Part shown: one piece after another, positions 1 through 7,446 of the stretch
How the letters are laid out: the number at the start of each line of letters is the position of its first letter
Position numbering within the stretch: the stretch's first letter is position 1
Source: a virus
Lineage: Duplodnaviria; Caudoviricetes
Reading direction: 5' to 3' (one strand)
IMG/VR virus record: IMGVR_UViG_3300024232_000064
Span: 1 to 26,411 of that record
DNA length: 26,411 nt
Made by a program: the position numbers and the translations under genes
Notes under the pieces: generated by a model
Told to the model about the DNA's origin: nothing
Database searches by the model: none
The model's input: the letters and a program-made list of their open reading frames with translations, nothing else

Positions 1-1005
1 CTCTGACCGCCCACCGCTGGCGCCGCCCGTCGTATCAAGCGCAATGATTGCATTGTTCCAAAATACTCCCAACTCGGCCGTTCGTTGCGCCTGCTCTCGA
101 TGCAACATCCCAAGCGGGTACGTTTCAGCATGCACTACCATCCCGGTCTTTAGATTCATCACCACGACACCGGACTGGTCAACGACGCGGCCGATGTCTT
201 GCGCAACAACGTACTCTTCACCTTCCTGCGGCGTGTTGGGTGGTATCTCTTTCGTAATGCACTGCTCAAGGTACGTGAATACCATGTTGTGGACTGCCAG
301 CGGTTCGCAATCGTACTCTTGCTGGAACACGAGAGGCGGGACAAGTTTTTTCGTAATCTCATATCTCAACAACGCGGCAGGACTGCCAGAGAAGCGCATG
401 CCTTCATTACTTTTGTAAATCCACGTCTTGTGGTTGGCATCCTCGCCCTTCGCTAATTTCTTCGCGTTCTCTGTCGCGGGCGTACCCTTCACTGCCAGCA
501 CATAGAACCAGTTCCGCCCATTGAACGTCGAGGCCGCAATCAGCTTTCCGCCGCTGTCGGCCACCATCGGGAACAGCACGTTCCAGAACATGTACTCTGT
601 GCCGGCCGCCGCTTCGTCCATGAATATCAGTCGGCAGCGCGGGCCGCGCAGGTCGTCAGGGCACTTGTCCGCACTCACGAACCAGATTTCTGACCCGTTC
701 TTTAATTCGTATCGGGGCGGGAACTGCATTGGTTTGGCAGCAACCAACTCCATGAACTCCGGACACTTACCCATGATGCGCATGATGCGGAGGGCGGTCG
801 CGTACCGCGGGCAAACGTACCAAACCGTGCAGCCGTCGTTCTCTACCGCTACCTTCGTCAACAACAGACTGGCACACGTCGATTTTCCGTACGCACGCCC
901 GAGCGCCCACACGCAGATTTGCGCAGGGTCTTCCATCATCTCGATTTGGGCGCGGGTGGCCTCGAGGACGATATCTGCTTCGGGTTCTAAGACAGCTTCG
1001 GTCAT
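1..1005 (-). CDS. terL: Terminase large subunit (3' end runs off the window; not in the ORF track)
   Basis: Manual translation from ATG at 1005 gives MTEAVLEPEAD..., Walker A GRAYGKS, LRG motif, Walker B IFMDEA, coupling motif ASTFNG, FQQEY, and nuclease motif AQDIGRVVD. The frame is open to base 1. Confidence 0.93.
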   Translation of the reverse strand, partial: MTEAVLEPEADIVLEATRAQIEMMEDPAQICVWALGRAYGKSTCASLLLTKVAVENDGCTVWYVCPRYATALRIMRIMGKCPEFMELVAAKPMQFPPRYELKNGSEIWFVSADKCPDDLRGPRCRLIFMDEAAAGTEYMFWNVLFPMVADSGGKLIAASTFNGRNWFYVLAVKGTPATENAKKLAKGEDANHKTWIYKSNEGMRFSGSPAALLRYEITKKLVPPLVFQQEYDCEPLAVHNMVFTYLEQCITKEIPPNTPQEGEEYVVAQDIGRVVDQSGVVVMNLKTGMVVHAETYPLGMLHREQAQRTAELGVFWNNAIIALDTTGGASGGRSE

Positions 1006-1013
1006 CGGATGCC

Positions 1014-1472
1014 TTAGAAGTTAAGAAACTCAAGTTCTTCGAATGAGATGGTGTGCGCCTTCTTGGTCTCGATGTTCCGCGCCATCAGCCCGAGTTCTTT
1101 GATTTGTTTCTTTTCTGTCTCGATGAGATTGCGCTCGGTGATGATGTTTTGCACGAGGCCGGCGGCGATCATGGCTTGTGGCTCTGCCTTGGTCATTCCT
1201 GCTTTACCAGTTGCGCCATGCGCTCCCGTTGGCCCGCTGACTCCCATGGGTCCTGTCGGACCATATGAAATCATGTAGTTGTTTACGAAATGTCCTGACT
1301 GGAATTTACCGAGAATGTCTAACAGCGCAGCGTCGGTGATTTTGTAGTCTTTCTTAATGCGCGAAATTCTGTTCTCACGCTCGGAAATCTTGGCTTTGAG
1401 GTCTACAATCTTTTTGAATGCAGCGCGCTTGATGTCTCCGCCTTTTTTCTTGAATTCAATACTATGAAACAT
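1014..1472 (-). CDS. Hypothetical coiled-coil protein with a short Gly-X-Y stretch
   Basis: 152-aa ORF tightly packed with its neighbours; contains GPTGPMGVSGPTGAHGATGKAG. Confidence 0.7.
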   Translation of the reverse strand: MFHSIEFKKKGGDIKRAAFKKIVDLKAKISERENRISRIKKDYKITDAALLDILGKFQSGHFVNNYMISYGPTGPMGVSGPTGAHGATGKAGMTKAEPQAMIAAGLVQNIITERNLIETEKKQIKELGLMARNIETKKAHTISFEELEFLNF

Positions 1473-1683
1473 TGGCTTTCTCCCGGGGTTTACCCTGTGC
1501 CGCTCTGTACTCCTGAACCGTGAACACCCTGCGCCGGCTGCGTATCCCGTCGTTCATGTCTCGGTACCACTTCGGGAGACGCTTTGAACGTCTGGCGCGC
1601 TTACACTTTGGACAGCCGCATAAGACAAACATGCCATCGCTGTAATAGGCCATGTGCATGTTGATTCTGAATTCTTTCGTCAA
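1462..1683 (-). CDS. Hypothetical basic protein (CxCxxC)
   Basis: 73 aa; ATGA overlap with the upstream gene. Confidence 0.6.
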   Translation of the reverse strand: MTKEFRINMHMAYYSDGMFVLCGCPKCKRARRSKRLPKWYRDMNDGIRSRRRVFTVQEYRAAQGKPREKANVS

Positions 1684-2120
1684 GCCTGCTTCTCCCGCGG
1701 CGCATCCTTCGGTTCTTCACCGATCGGCTTGAACCGAATCACCAGTTTCTTGTGGTGCGGCATCACCGTCCGCTTGATTTCTTCCTGTAGCATTTTGCCC
1801 AACCCCACCAGCGCCATACCCTTCGCAGTCTTCAATTCTGACTCAATCCGGGTCCGTCGCAGCCGCTCCATACGGGCCAACCACAAATCACCGCTTTCAT
1901 CGATCGGCGTGACGTTCTTAGACTTGGTGTGGTCCGCATCCTCGTCTTTCTTGGCCTTCAACCGCTTCAGGAACTCATACTCTCGTGTGGTGAGCTGCTT
2001 ACCCTTCTGCTGCTTGCGGAAAATAGCCTCCAGGGCGGTCCGCTCAACAACCTCGAGAAGATTGGCCGGCATCGGCTGTTCGGGGGCCTGCGTCTTGCCT
2101 TTATTGCTCCGCTTTGCCAT
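1680..2120 (-). CDS. Possible terminase small subunit / hypothetical protein
   Basis: 146-aa basic helical protein upstream of terL and just downstream of a GC-run/GT-repeat intergenic segment. The function is inferred from position only. Confidence 0.4.
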   Translation of the reverse strand: MAKRSNKGKTQAPEQPMPANLLEVVERTALEAIFRKQQKGKQLTTREYEFLKRLKAKKDEDADHTKSKNVTPIDESGDLWLARMERLRRTRIESELKTAKGMALVGLGKMLQEEIKRTVMPHHKKLVIRFKPIGEEPKDAPREKQA

Positions 2121-2257
2121 GCCAATCGCGCCAGAATGTCGTTTTTTTGATCAGTTTTGTTTCCACACACACACGCGAGGCGCAGCCTCCCGCCACATGG
2201 GGGTGGTGGGGTTTTCGGTCCTGTAAGCCCTGTATGGCACGCCGTTTAGATGAGCCA

Positions 2258-2470
2258 TCATTCAGCACCCTCCCGGATGACGCCCTTATCCATCCACAAT
2301 CGCTTAACTGTCCTGTTGTTATGGATGAACCTGAACGTGCTGCCGTCTGGGTAAAGGTCAGTCTCTACGAGTGAGTGCATGGGCAGATAGCGTGGTGTGT
2401 CTGTGGGTGCCGCGTAGTGGGCGCTACGCATGACGGTCAGGAGTAGGATAAGCTTGCAGAGCAATGTCAT
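2258..2470 (-). CDS. Hypothetical protein with N-terminal hydrophobic/signal segment
   Basis: 70 aa; ATGA-coupled to the upstream ORF. Confidence 0.5.
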   Translation of the reverse strand: MTLLCKLILLLTVMRSAHYAAPTDTPRYLPMHSLVETDLYPDGSTFRFIHNNRTVKRLWMDKGVIREGAE

Positions 2471-2709
2471 TTGTCGAGCCCAAACCGTTTCTTGTACTCT
2501 CTGAAGATCTTCGCATCGTCGTCAATCGAATACGTGTCGGACAAATGCAGTATTTCAATGTGTTGTTTGTACTTGCGCTGCATGGTCACCGTTGCTCTCA
2601 GTTCTCTTGCGCGTATCGATTCCGTTACCAGCGTTTTGCGTCTACAGGGTGCGCACATCTTCGAATGATTCAGCGAGTTCAGCTTGCAGTGGCAAAGCTC
2701 GCAGTTCAT
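2467..2709 (-). CDS. Hypothetical Zn-finger-like protein
   Basis: CELC...CAPC pair; GGAGG RBS upstream. Confidence 0.6.
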   Translation of the reverse strand: MNCELCHCKLNSLNHSKMCAPCRRKTLVTESIRARELRATVTMQRKYKQHIEILHLSDTYSIDDDAKIFREYKKRFGLDK

Positions 2710-2747
2710 TCATTACGGCCTCCAGCGCACGGCTGGCCTTGCGCGCC

Positions 2748-3113
2748 TCACCCTGCCGCAATGCGAACCGGCGGCTTGCTGAGCGTTACGTCTTCCTTCC
2801 GAACCTTCTTCGCTTCCTGCTCTCGCCGACGTCGGTCGAAGTCCGCTTCAGTCTCTTTGCTGTCGTAGGAGTACAGGACGCCGACGGGCGGGAATGGGTC
2901 GCCGCGGTGCAGGATGAGGACTGGCTTATCCGTGTCGGCCGCGTGGCATGCCGTGCAGAACACAGCAATCATGGACACCCAATGCAGATGGGCCCAAATC
3001 CACTTACAAAGACAAATGAGACCTTCGATAACGCACCAGCCGACGACGGCGCTTATTAGGCACAAAGCCAAAATCGTTGCTTCCAATGCGCGCCCGAACG
3101 CTCCACCGTCCAT
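2748..3113 (-). CDS. Hypothetical membrane protein
   Basis: Likely start MDGGAFG at 3113 (TAATG overlap with the lipoprotein stop); hydrophobic N-terminal segments. Confidence 0.55.
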   Translation of the reverse strand: MDGGAFGRALEATILALCLISAVVGWCVIEGLICLCKWIWAHLHWVSMIAVFCTACHAADTDKPVLILHRGDPFPPVGVLYSYDSKETEADFDRRRREQEAKKVRKEDVTLSKPPVRIAAG

Positions 3114-3436
3114 TATTTTGTGCCCTCGCTTGTCTTCGCGGGAGCTTTTGTCTTCATTGCATTTGGCGAGACCAATCCCCAGCCACCAATGTCTTGCTGA
3201 GTCAGATGCGCCTTGCCAGCATCGTCGATGTATTCCATTGTGACTGTTTTGTTTTCGGCGCACTTGCCTACCATGACAGGCGTGCCGTCTTCCGAGACGG
3301 TTTTCATGTATGTGATGTGTTCGTCGGTGTGCGGGCCGAGGTTAACGGCCGCCAAGCTTTCGCAGCCGCTCAGCAATATCAGGCCCAACAGGCTGGCCGC
3401 TGGCAATGCTCTCAGTAATCGGGACGCCGTTTTCAT
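3113..3436 (-). CDS. Lipoprotein, o-spanin (Rz1)-like candidate
   Basis: Signal peptide with lipobox LLSG/C; the 5' end overlaps a small N-terminal-TM ORF in another frame, downstream of a holin-like gene. Confidence 0.6.
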   Translation of the reverse strand: MKTASRLLRALPAASLLGLILLSGCESLAAVNLGPHTDEHITYMKTVSEDGTPVMVGKCAENKTVTMEYIDDAGKAHLTQQDIGGWGLVSPNAMKTKAPAKTSEGTK

Positions 3437-3503
3437 TCCAGAAGATTCCTTTCAGAATGGCGAGCACCGCGGTAACGATGGCCGCAATAGTGGCGGCGCT
3501 CAT
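3342..3503 (-). CDS. Small N-terminal TM protein, i-spanin (Rz)-like candidate (53 aa, not in the ORF track)
   Basis: MSAATIAAIVTAVLAILKGIFWNENGVPITESIASGQPVGPDIAERLRKLGGR; ATGA overlap with the holin stop; overlaps the lipoprotein start. Confidence 0.5.
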   Translation of the reverse strand: MSAATIAAIVTAVLAILKGIFWNENGVPITESIASGQPVGPDIAERLRKLGGR

Positions 3504-3793
3504 TGCGGTAAGTCGCTCTTCGCGTCGGCCAGGACCTGCGCGCTCGACGTCTTACCTCCTGAAAGCCCGTCAGCGGCGCTCTGCCCGATGATGTACGCGC
3601 CAATGAGCTGCAGCAGCGTATTCAAGCTGTCCGCTTGCGCGATCGGCTGAGCACCGTTCACTACGTCAGTCACTTGGCCGGGCGTGATGCCGGTTTTGTG
3701 GTAGACGATCCACAGAACGACGCCGGCCGCCAGCGCGCAGAGTTTCTTGCCGCCGAGGAATGCGATTGCGCGATGAAGAATGTCGAGTGCCAT
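3500..3793 (-). CDS. Putative holin (two TM segments)
   Basis: Start MALDIL after a GGAG RBS; KKLCALAAGVVLWIV and LLQLIGAYIIGQSAADG resemble small phage holins. Confidence 0.55.
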   Translation of the reverse strand: MALDILHRAIAFLGGKKLCALAAGVVLWIVYHKTGITPGQVTDVVNGAQPIAQADSLNTLLQLIGAYIIGQSAADGLSGGKTSSAQVLADAKSDLPQ

Positions 3794-3855
3794 GTTTTGA
3801 AGTCTCCGAACGGGTAGGAACAGCGTCGATAACACAAACACCGTTATTTCGGGGA

Positions 3856-3884
3856 CTTATAGCCTGTTCTTTACTGTAATGCAA
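3856..3884 (-). promoter_or_regulatory. Sigma70-type promoter, probable late promoter
   Basis: TTGCAT-17 bp-TATAAG on the minus strand in an AT-rich gap upstream of the lysis/packaging genes. Confidence 0.65.
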
Positions 3885-3908
3885 GATTTTTCTAAAAGGA
3901 CTGAAATA

Positions 3909-4109
3909 TCAGGACTTACGCTCCAGTTCAGCTTTGACAGAGGCGCGTCGGTTACGCTGTTCTTCCCGCCAGTCGTCGAGCACAAAGAGACAAACGGCAC
4001 CCCATGAGCACCATACGCAAATCCAGCTAAATGCGATTTGTGAGATGCTGCAATTGGCCTGATTTGGGCCGGCCATCATTTCGAACAGGTAATCACCAAA
4101 CGCTTTCAT
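3909..4109 (-). CDS. Hypothetical membrane protein
   Basis: 66 aa with one TM segment; ends ASVKAELERKS (repeat D). Confidence 0.55.
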   Translation of the reverse strand: MKAFGDYLFEMMAGPNQANCSISQIAFSWICVWCSWGAVCLFVLDDWREEQRNRRASVKAELERKS

Positions 4110-4136
4110 CGTTCAATCTCAGCTTTGACAGAGGCG
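3928..4136. repeat. Boundary repeat family D (2 copies)
   Basis: TCAGCTTTGACAGAGGCG identical at 3928-3945 and 4119-4136; encodes ASVKAE near both C-termini. Confidence 0.85.
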
Positions 4137-4447
4137 GGCAGGGCAGCGAGAGCGGCGTCCAATTCTTCCATTGCTTTGTGAGTAACCGAATATTGGTCCG
4201 CTCCATGCCAATACCGGCCTTCACATTTTGCTCCGGTCGTCACCTTCTTCGCCTCACGCGCCACGGCAAGCAGGCTTTCATTACTTCGTTGTTCAGCGCC
4301 GAGCAGCGTCCGTAATTCGTGCGCATCCTGATAAGCTATTTTGGCGCCGATCAGCATGTCTAATTCTTCTACGGATATTAATGTCATGGCGTGGCAGAGT
4401 TCTTTTGCTCGCTTGGATTGTTGCTGTAATTGTTCAACAGTCAGCAT
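4106..4447 (-). CDS. Hypothetical protein
   Basis: 113 aa; start codon and RBS come from repeat A. Confidence 0.7.
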   Translation of the reverse strand: MLTVEQLQQQSKRAKELCHAMTLISVEELDMLIGAKIAYQDAHELRTLLGAEQRSNESLLAVAREAKKVTTGAKCEGRYWHGADQYSVTHKAMEELDAALAALPASVKAEIER

Positions 4448-4452
4448 CTTCG

Positions 4453-4656
4453 TTACTCCTTCTCAGGCGTGGTGTCCGGTCCAAACACAAAATCGAGAAC
4501 GTTTTTCAACTGCTGACGCGGCGAAATCGGTCTGCATTTGGCGCACACAACATTGGGAAATTCTGCAAGTACTGCGGAGCGAGACATTTTCTCCCATCGG
4601 CATTTAGCGCGTAGGTTCGCCTCGCACTTCTTATGTTTGATTAGTGGCGCTGTCAT
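4453..4656 (-). CDS. Hypothetical protein ending TPEKE
   Basis: 67 aa, flanked by repeat A copies. Confidence 0.6.
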   Translation of the reverse strand: MTAPLIKHKKCEANLRAKCRWEKMSRSAVLAEFPNVVCAKCRPISPRQQLKNVLDFVFGPDTTPEKE

Positions 4657-4907
4657 CTTCGGTGCTCCTCAGGCTTTGTCTTGTTATTTTCGTTCACGTC
4701 CGCAATGAAAAAGGCAAAGTTAGCCACGTCTGCCGCTTCTTTTCGAATCTCTTCACCGCTGCCGTTTTTCACCGCTTCCAGCAGTTCGGACAGTTCGCGA
4801 TATAGTCGCTTTTTGAGATATGCATTCGTGCAGTTGTGCCAGCCGCCTTTGTGCCGGTTTTTGTCTAGCTTCTCAAGCATCGCGTCGAAAAACTGTGTGA
4901 TCCTCAT
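4653..4907 (-). CDS. MazG-like (all-alpha NTP pyrophosphohydrolase) small protein
   Basis: ELSELLEA...KEAADVANFAFFIAD matches the ExxE/ExxD MazG-type pattern. Confidence 0.6.
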   Translation of the reverse strand: MRITQFFDAMLEKLDKNRHKGGWHNCTNAYLKKRLYRELSELLEAVKNGSGEEIRKEAADVANFAFFIADVNENNKTKPEEHRR

Positions 4908-4957
4908 TCATTACTCCTTCTCAGGCTCAAATCTCTTTGAGTCTCTTCAACACTTCC

Positions 4958-5155
4958 TTAGCTCATCTTCTTTTCTTGAGACTCTTCGTAGCGGTCCACT
5001 GTTTCAGCCGCCCACACCTGCATTATGTATGGAAGCAATTCGTCGATAGATACGGCAGCGTCACGGACGACGGCAAGCAACCTCTCATACTCGTGTGGTG
5101 CCAGAACGATGTTTGGTTTTTCATCCCGTCCGCCTTCACTCATCTTCGTTACCAT
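4958..5155 (-). CDS. Hypothetical protein
   Basis: 65 aa; start provided by repeat B. Confidence 0.55.
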   Translation of the reverse strand: MVTKMSEGGRDEKPNIVLAPHEYERLLAVVRDAAVSIDELLPYIMQVWAAETVDRYEESQEKKMS

Positions 5156-5156
5156 C

Positions 5157-5399
5157 TCACTCCCGTTTGTGTATTTTGCGCCACGCCTTGTCCTTAATTC
5201 TGACCAATCCTTTCGGCCAGCGTTCTAGAATGGCTTTGTTCACTGCCGACCAGTCGCACGGCTTCTTTGTGATTGCTTCCGCACGCAGCATGTCAGCGTA
5301 AAAGTCCGCCATACTATTCTGATTGACGTCGGGACATTTCGCGCCAAGCAACGCGTTGTTGGTGGCGACAATTGAGATATGCATTCGTTCTAAAATCAT
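5157..5399 (-). CDS. Hypothetical protein
   Basis: 80 aa, between repeats C and B. Confidence 0.7.
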   Translation of the reverse strand: MILERMHISIVATNNALLGAKCPDVNQNSMADFYADMLRAEAITKKPCDWSAVNKAILERWPKGLVRIKDKAWRKIHKRE

Positions 5400-5430
5400 G
5401 CCTATCGCGCCTCAATCCGAATCTCAACAC

Positions 5431-5895
5431 CTACAGCCAACCACGCTCGAACGTCCAAAGCGTCTTCGAATCCATGTTCGCACCGATCACCGGCATCCAG
5501 CCACCAGCACGACGCTTCTTGATCACCGTGATCGTCCGGTTGTAATCGTGCGGATACTTCAGATGCGGGAACTGTTTGTCGGGATACCCGTACTCGTCCA
5601 GCTTCGGGAACTCGCGAGTCGATGAACTTCTGGAAGTCTGATGAACCTGGCAAATGATCCAAAGACGGCCGGCGACGTTCACCGTCGGATGCATCGAGAA
5701 CAGCACCCGTCCCTTGTACTTCACAGCAAAGGTTCTGGCTCTCACCCAGCAGCTTCTCGTGGTAGCAGGTTGATAGTCGTACTCAAACTCACCAAAGCGT
5801 TGCTGTACGCTCTTGCTCCATCGCTTTGTCGATTGCCTCGCAGTCGAGCCGCTTTCTATTGGCTCACAATGACCGTGTTTTGTGTAATACCCCAT
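5431..5895 (-). CDS. Hypothetical protein
   Basis: 154 aa; RBS and ATG come from repeat A. Confidence 0.7.
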   Translation of the reverse strand: MGYYTKHGHCEPIESGSTARQSTKRWSKSVQQRFGEFEYDYQPATTRSCWVRARTFAVKYKGRVLFSMHPTVNVAGRLWIICQVHQTSRSSSTREFPKLDEYGYPDKQFPHLKYPHDYNRTITVIKKRRAGGWMPVIGANMDSKTLWTFERGWL

Positions 5896-5900
5896 CTTCG

Positions 5901-6128
5901 TTACTCCTTCTCAGGCGTGAGCATTCGTTTCAAAAGCCGGTACTTTTTACTCAAATCATCCTGCGAGCATGAAAGCTGAAGCCTTGTCTGCATTAGATTG
6001 AAACTTGTCGTATTCAAAGCCACTTCCTCAAGAACTGCCGCACGTTCGTAGAGCTTTGCCGCCCTCAATGCGTAACGCTCTGCGTGCATAGCAAGCCTCA
6101 TCGCTTCAGTGTGCGGGTCTCTTGCCAC
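5901..6128 (-). CDS. Hypothetical coiled-coil protein ending TPEKE
   Basis: Likely GTG start at 6128 within repeat A (alternative ATG at 6173); flanked by repeat A on both sides. Confidence 0.65.
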   Translation of the reverse strand: MARDPHTEAMRLAMHAERYALRAAKLYERAAVLEEVALNTTSFNLMQTRLQLSCSQDDLSKKYRLLKRMLTPEKE

Positions 6129-6188
6129 TTCGTTACTCCTTCTCAGGCGTGAGGGGGTCCACTCTATGGACATCCTTCTCAGGCGTGG

Positions 6189-6422
6189 TTAATCTCGTGG
6201 CGCAAATTCGTCTTCGCGCTTCGGACAAGGGTCTTTTTCTGGTTCGCATTGCGGACAGAACGGTTCATATTCGATGTACGTTTCAACCTCTCCAGTTCCC
6301 CAAACTGAACCGTACCGACGATGATGGATTGCCATGATTTCACTATTACAATCGCGGCAGCGGTATCGCGGCAACACGCCTTCCGGTTGCTCTACGTATT
6401 TCGGGTCAATCTTCTTCATCAT
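6189..6422 (-). CDS. Hypothetical Zn-ribbon protein
   Basis: CRDC...CPQC; start provided by repeat B. Confidence 0.7.
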   Translation of the reverse strand: MMKKIDPKYVEQPEGVLPRYRCRDCNSEIMAIHHRRYGSVWGTGEVETYIEYEPFCPQCEPEKDPCPKREDEFAPRD

Positions 6423-6443
6423 CTCACTCCCGTTTGTGTATTG

Positions 6444-6626
6444 CTAAAGCCTCATTCGTTCTTCAGGTCCGGGGATTTGCGTCTTGCCTTGTTCTAATTC
6501 CTCTTTCAAGTGCATGGCATCGCCGCGCCGAATGAATGTGTCCGCACCGTAAAAACGTTTATAGCGCCGTCCTTGTTCATCGACGACAGCGTAGCGCCAA
6601 ACGCGGATAATCTTGAACGTCTTCAT
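6444..6626 (-). CDS. Hypothetical protein
   Basis: 60 aa, between repeats C and B. Confidence 0.6.
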   Translation of the reverse strand: MKTFKIIRVWRYAVVDEQGRRYKRFYGADTFIRRGDAMHLKEELEQGKTQIPGPEERMRL

Positions 6627-6964
6627 GCCTCACGCGCCTCAATCCGAATCTCAACACCGTACTGCGTGTCAATAGCTTGCTCGTAGCGCCATTCGTACAG
6701 GTCTGACCCATCATCAATGTCGTACCATTTGGCGACCGAATCTCTGACGTACTTCGCTGAAATTATCGCGTTATCTGAATCAAGCTTCCGTTTTCCCATT
6801 CGCTTAATCGTTACCGTCAGGGGCGGAATCGGCACCGTCTCGCGATTGCAATTCAGCGCCAGCAACACGGCGTCTTTCTGCGACCGCTTCAGCCTATCCA
6901 TTGCCCGCCAGTGCAGCCGCATGTTGGCAAGCGAGGGGAGTTTGATGGGAATGTAGACGGTCAT
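6623..6964 (-). CDS. RusA-like Holliday junction resolvase/endonuclease
   Basis: PSLAN, LDSDN...KYVRD...DD and C-terminal VEIRIE match the RusA fold pattern; ATGA-coupled start at 6964. Confidence 0.75.
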   Translation of the reverse strand: MTVYIPIKLPSLANMRLHWRAMDRLKRSQKDAVLLALNCNRETVPIPPLTVTIKRMGKRKLDSDNAIISAKYVRDSVAKWYDIDDGSDLYEWRYEQAIDTQYGVEIRIEAREA

Positions 6965-7275
6965 TGTTTTCCCCATTCAGCCCATGCATGCGCATTTTGA
7001 AGAGCATCACCAAGCGCCTTAAACGGTTCGACTTTAAGAGCTGAGCACTTCTCTCTGTCGTACCATTGTTTTGTTTTGTAGGCTTCATCCAACCATGCGC
7101 AACGGGCGACCGCAGCGATGATGGGGCGCCAGATGCGAAACGCTGCGCCGTCGTCTTCGTACACGCAACATCCTGGCGGCGTGAAAGACAATCCCCGTGC
7201 ATCGCTGGACCATAAATAGGGACAACCCGGCGGTATCGGCGGCACTTCCATGCGTGCGTCTTTCAATTCGCTCAT
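6961..7275 (-). CDS. Hypothetical protein
   Basis: Start MSELKD right after repeat E. Confidence 0.65.
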   Translation of the reverse strand: MSELKDARMEVPPIPPGCPYLWSSDARGLSFTPPGCCVYEDDGAAFRIWRPIIAAVARCAWLDEAYKTKQWYDREKCSALKVEPFKALGDALQNAHAWAEWGKQ

Positions 7276-7286
7276 GTCACGCCCTT

Positions 7287-7433
7287 TCACTTTTTCGCGG
7301 CCTTGGCTTCGATAATCATTTTCTGAATCTTGATTTCGATATGGGCAATACTCATCAACTGGTTTTCGACTCGCGCAAGCAAGCGTTGCCGAGTTTTTCG
7401 CAGCCTGTCCAACTTGTCGTTAACGTCACTCAT
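7287..7433 (-). CDS. Small coiled-coil protein (48 aa, not in the ORF track)
   Basis: MSDVNDKLDRLRKTRQRLLARVENQLMSIAHIEIKIQKMIIEAKAAKK fills the gap exactly between two E repeats. Confidence 0.65.
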   Translation of the reverse strand: MSDVNDKLDRLRKTRQRLLARVENQLMSIAHIEIKIQKMIIEAKAAKK

Positions 7434-7446
7434 CCCTCACGCCCTT

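Larger units (their letters stand above)
4445..6187. repeat. Boundary repeat family A (CACGCCTGAGAAGGAGTAACGAAGATG on the minus strand)
   Basis: 27 bp identical at 4445-4471 and 5893-5919; near-identical at 6126-6151; partial at 4911-4926, 6173-6187 and 5141-5152; degenerate at 4654-4674. Confidence 0.92.
5153..6442. repeat. Boundary repeat family B (2 copies)
   Basis: CATCTCACTCCCGTTTGTGTATT (23 bp) identical at 5153-5175 and 6420-6442; reads AATACACAAACGGGAGTGAGATG on the minus strand. Confidence 0.92.
5397..6658. repeat. Boundary repeat family C (2 copies; 3' end of the RusA-like gene)
   Basis: CGCGCCTCAATCCGAATCTCAACACC (26 bp) identical at 5406-5431 and 6633-6658; extends to 35 bp with 2 mismatches, including the next ATG. 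Confidence 0.92.

Noticed and set aside
44-1033. ORF-track calls 44-418, 521-1024 (+) and 159-362, 767-1033 (-)
   Set aside because: They are shadow frames of terL, which has clear motifs.
5402-5662. 86-aa ORF ending VEIRIEAR as a RusA paralogue
   Set aside because: It overlaps the 154-aa gene out of frame, and the similarity is limited to repeat C.
4445-6187. CRISPR array or integron attC array made of repeat A
   Set aside because: Spacing is irregular (about 36-750 bp), the intervals are whole genes, the repeats are not palindromic and lack attC RYYYAAC/GTTRRRY ends, and no cas or intI gene is present.
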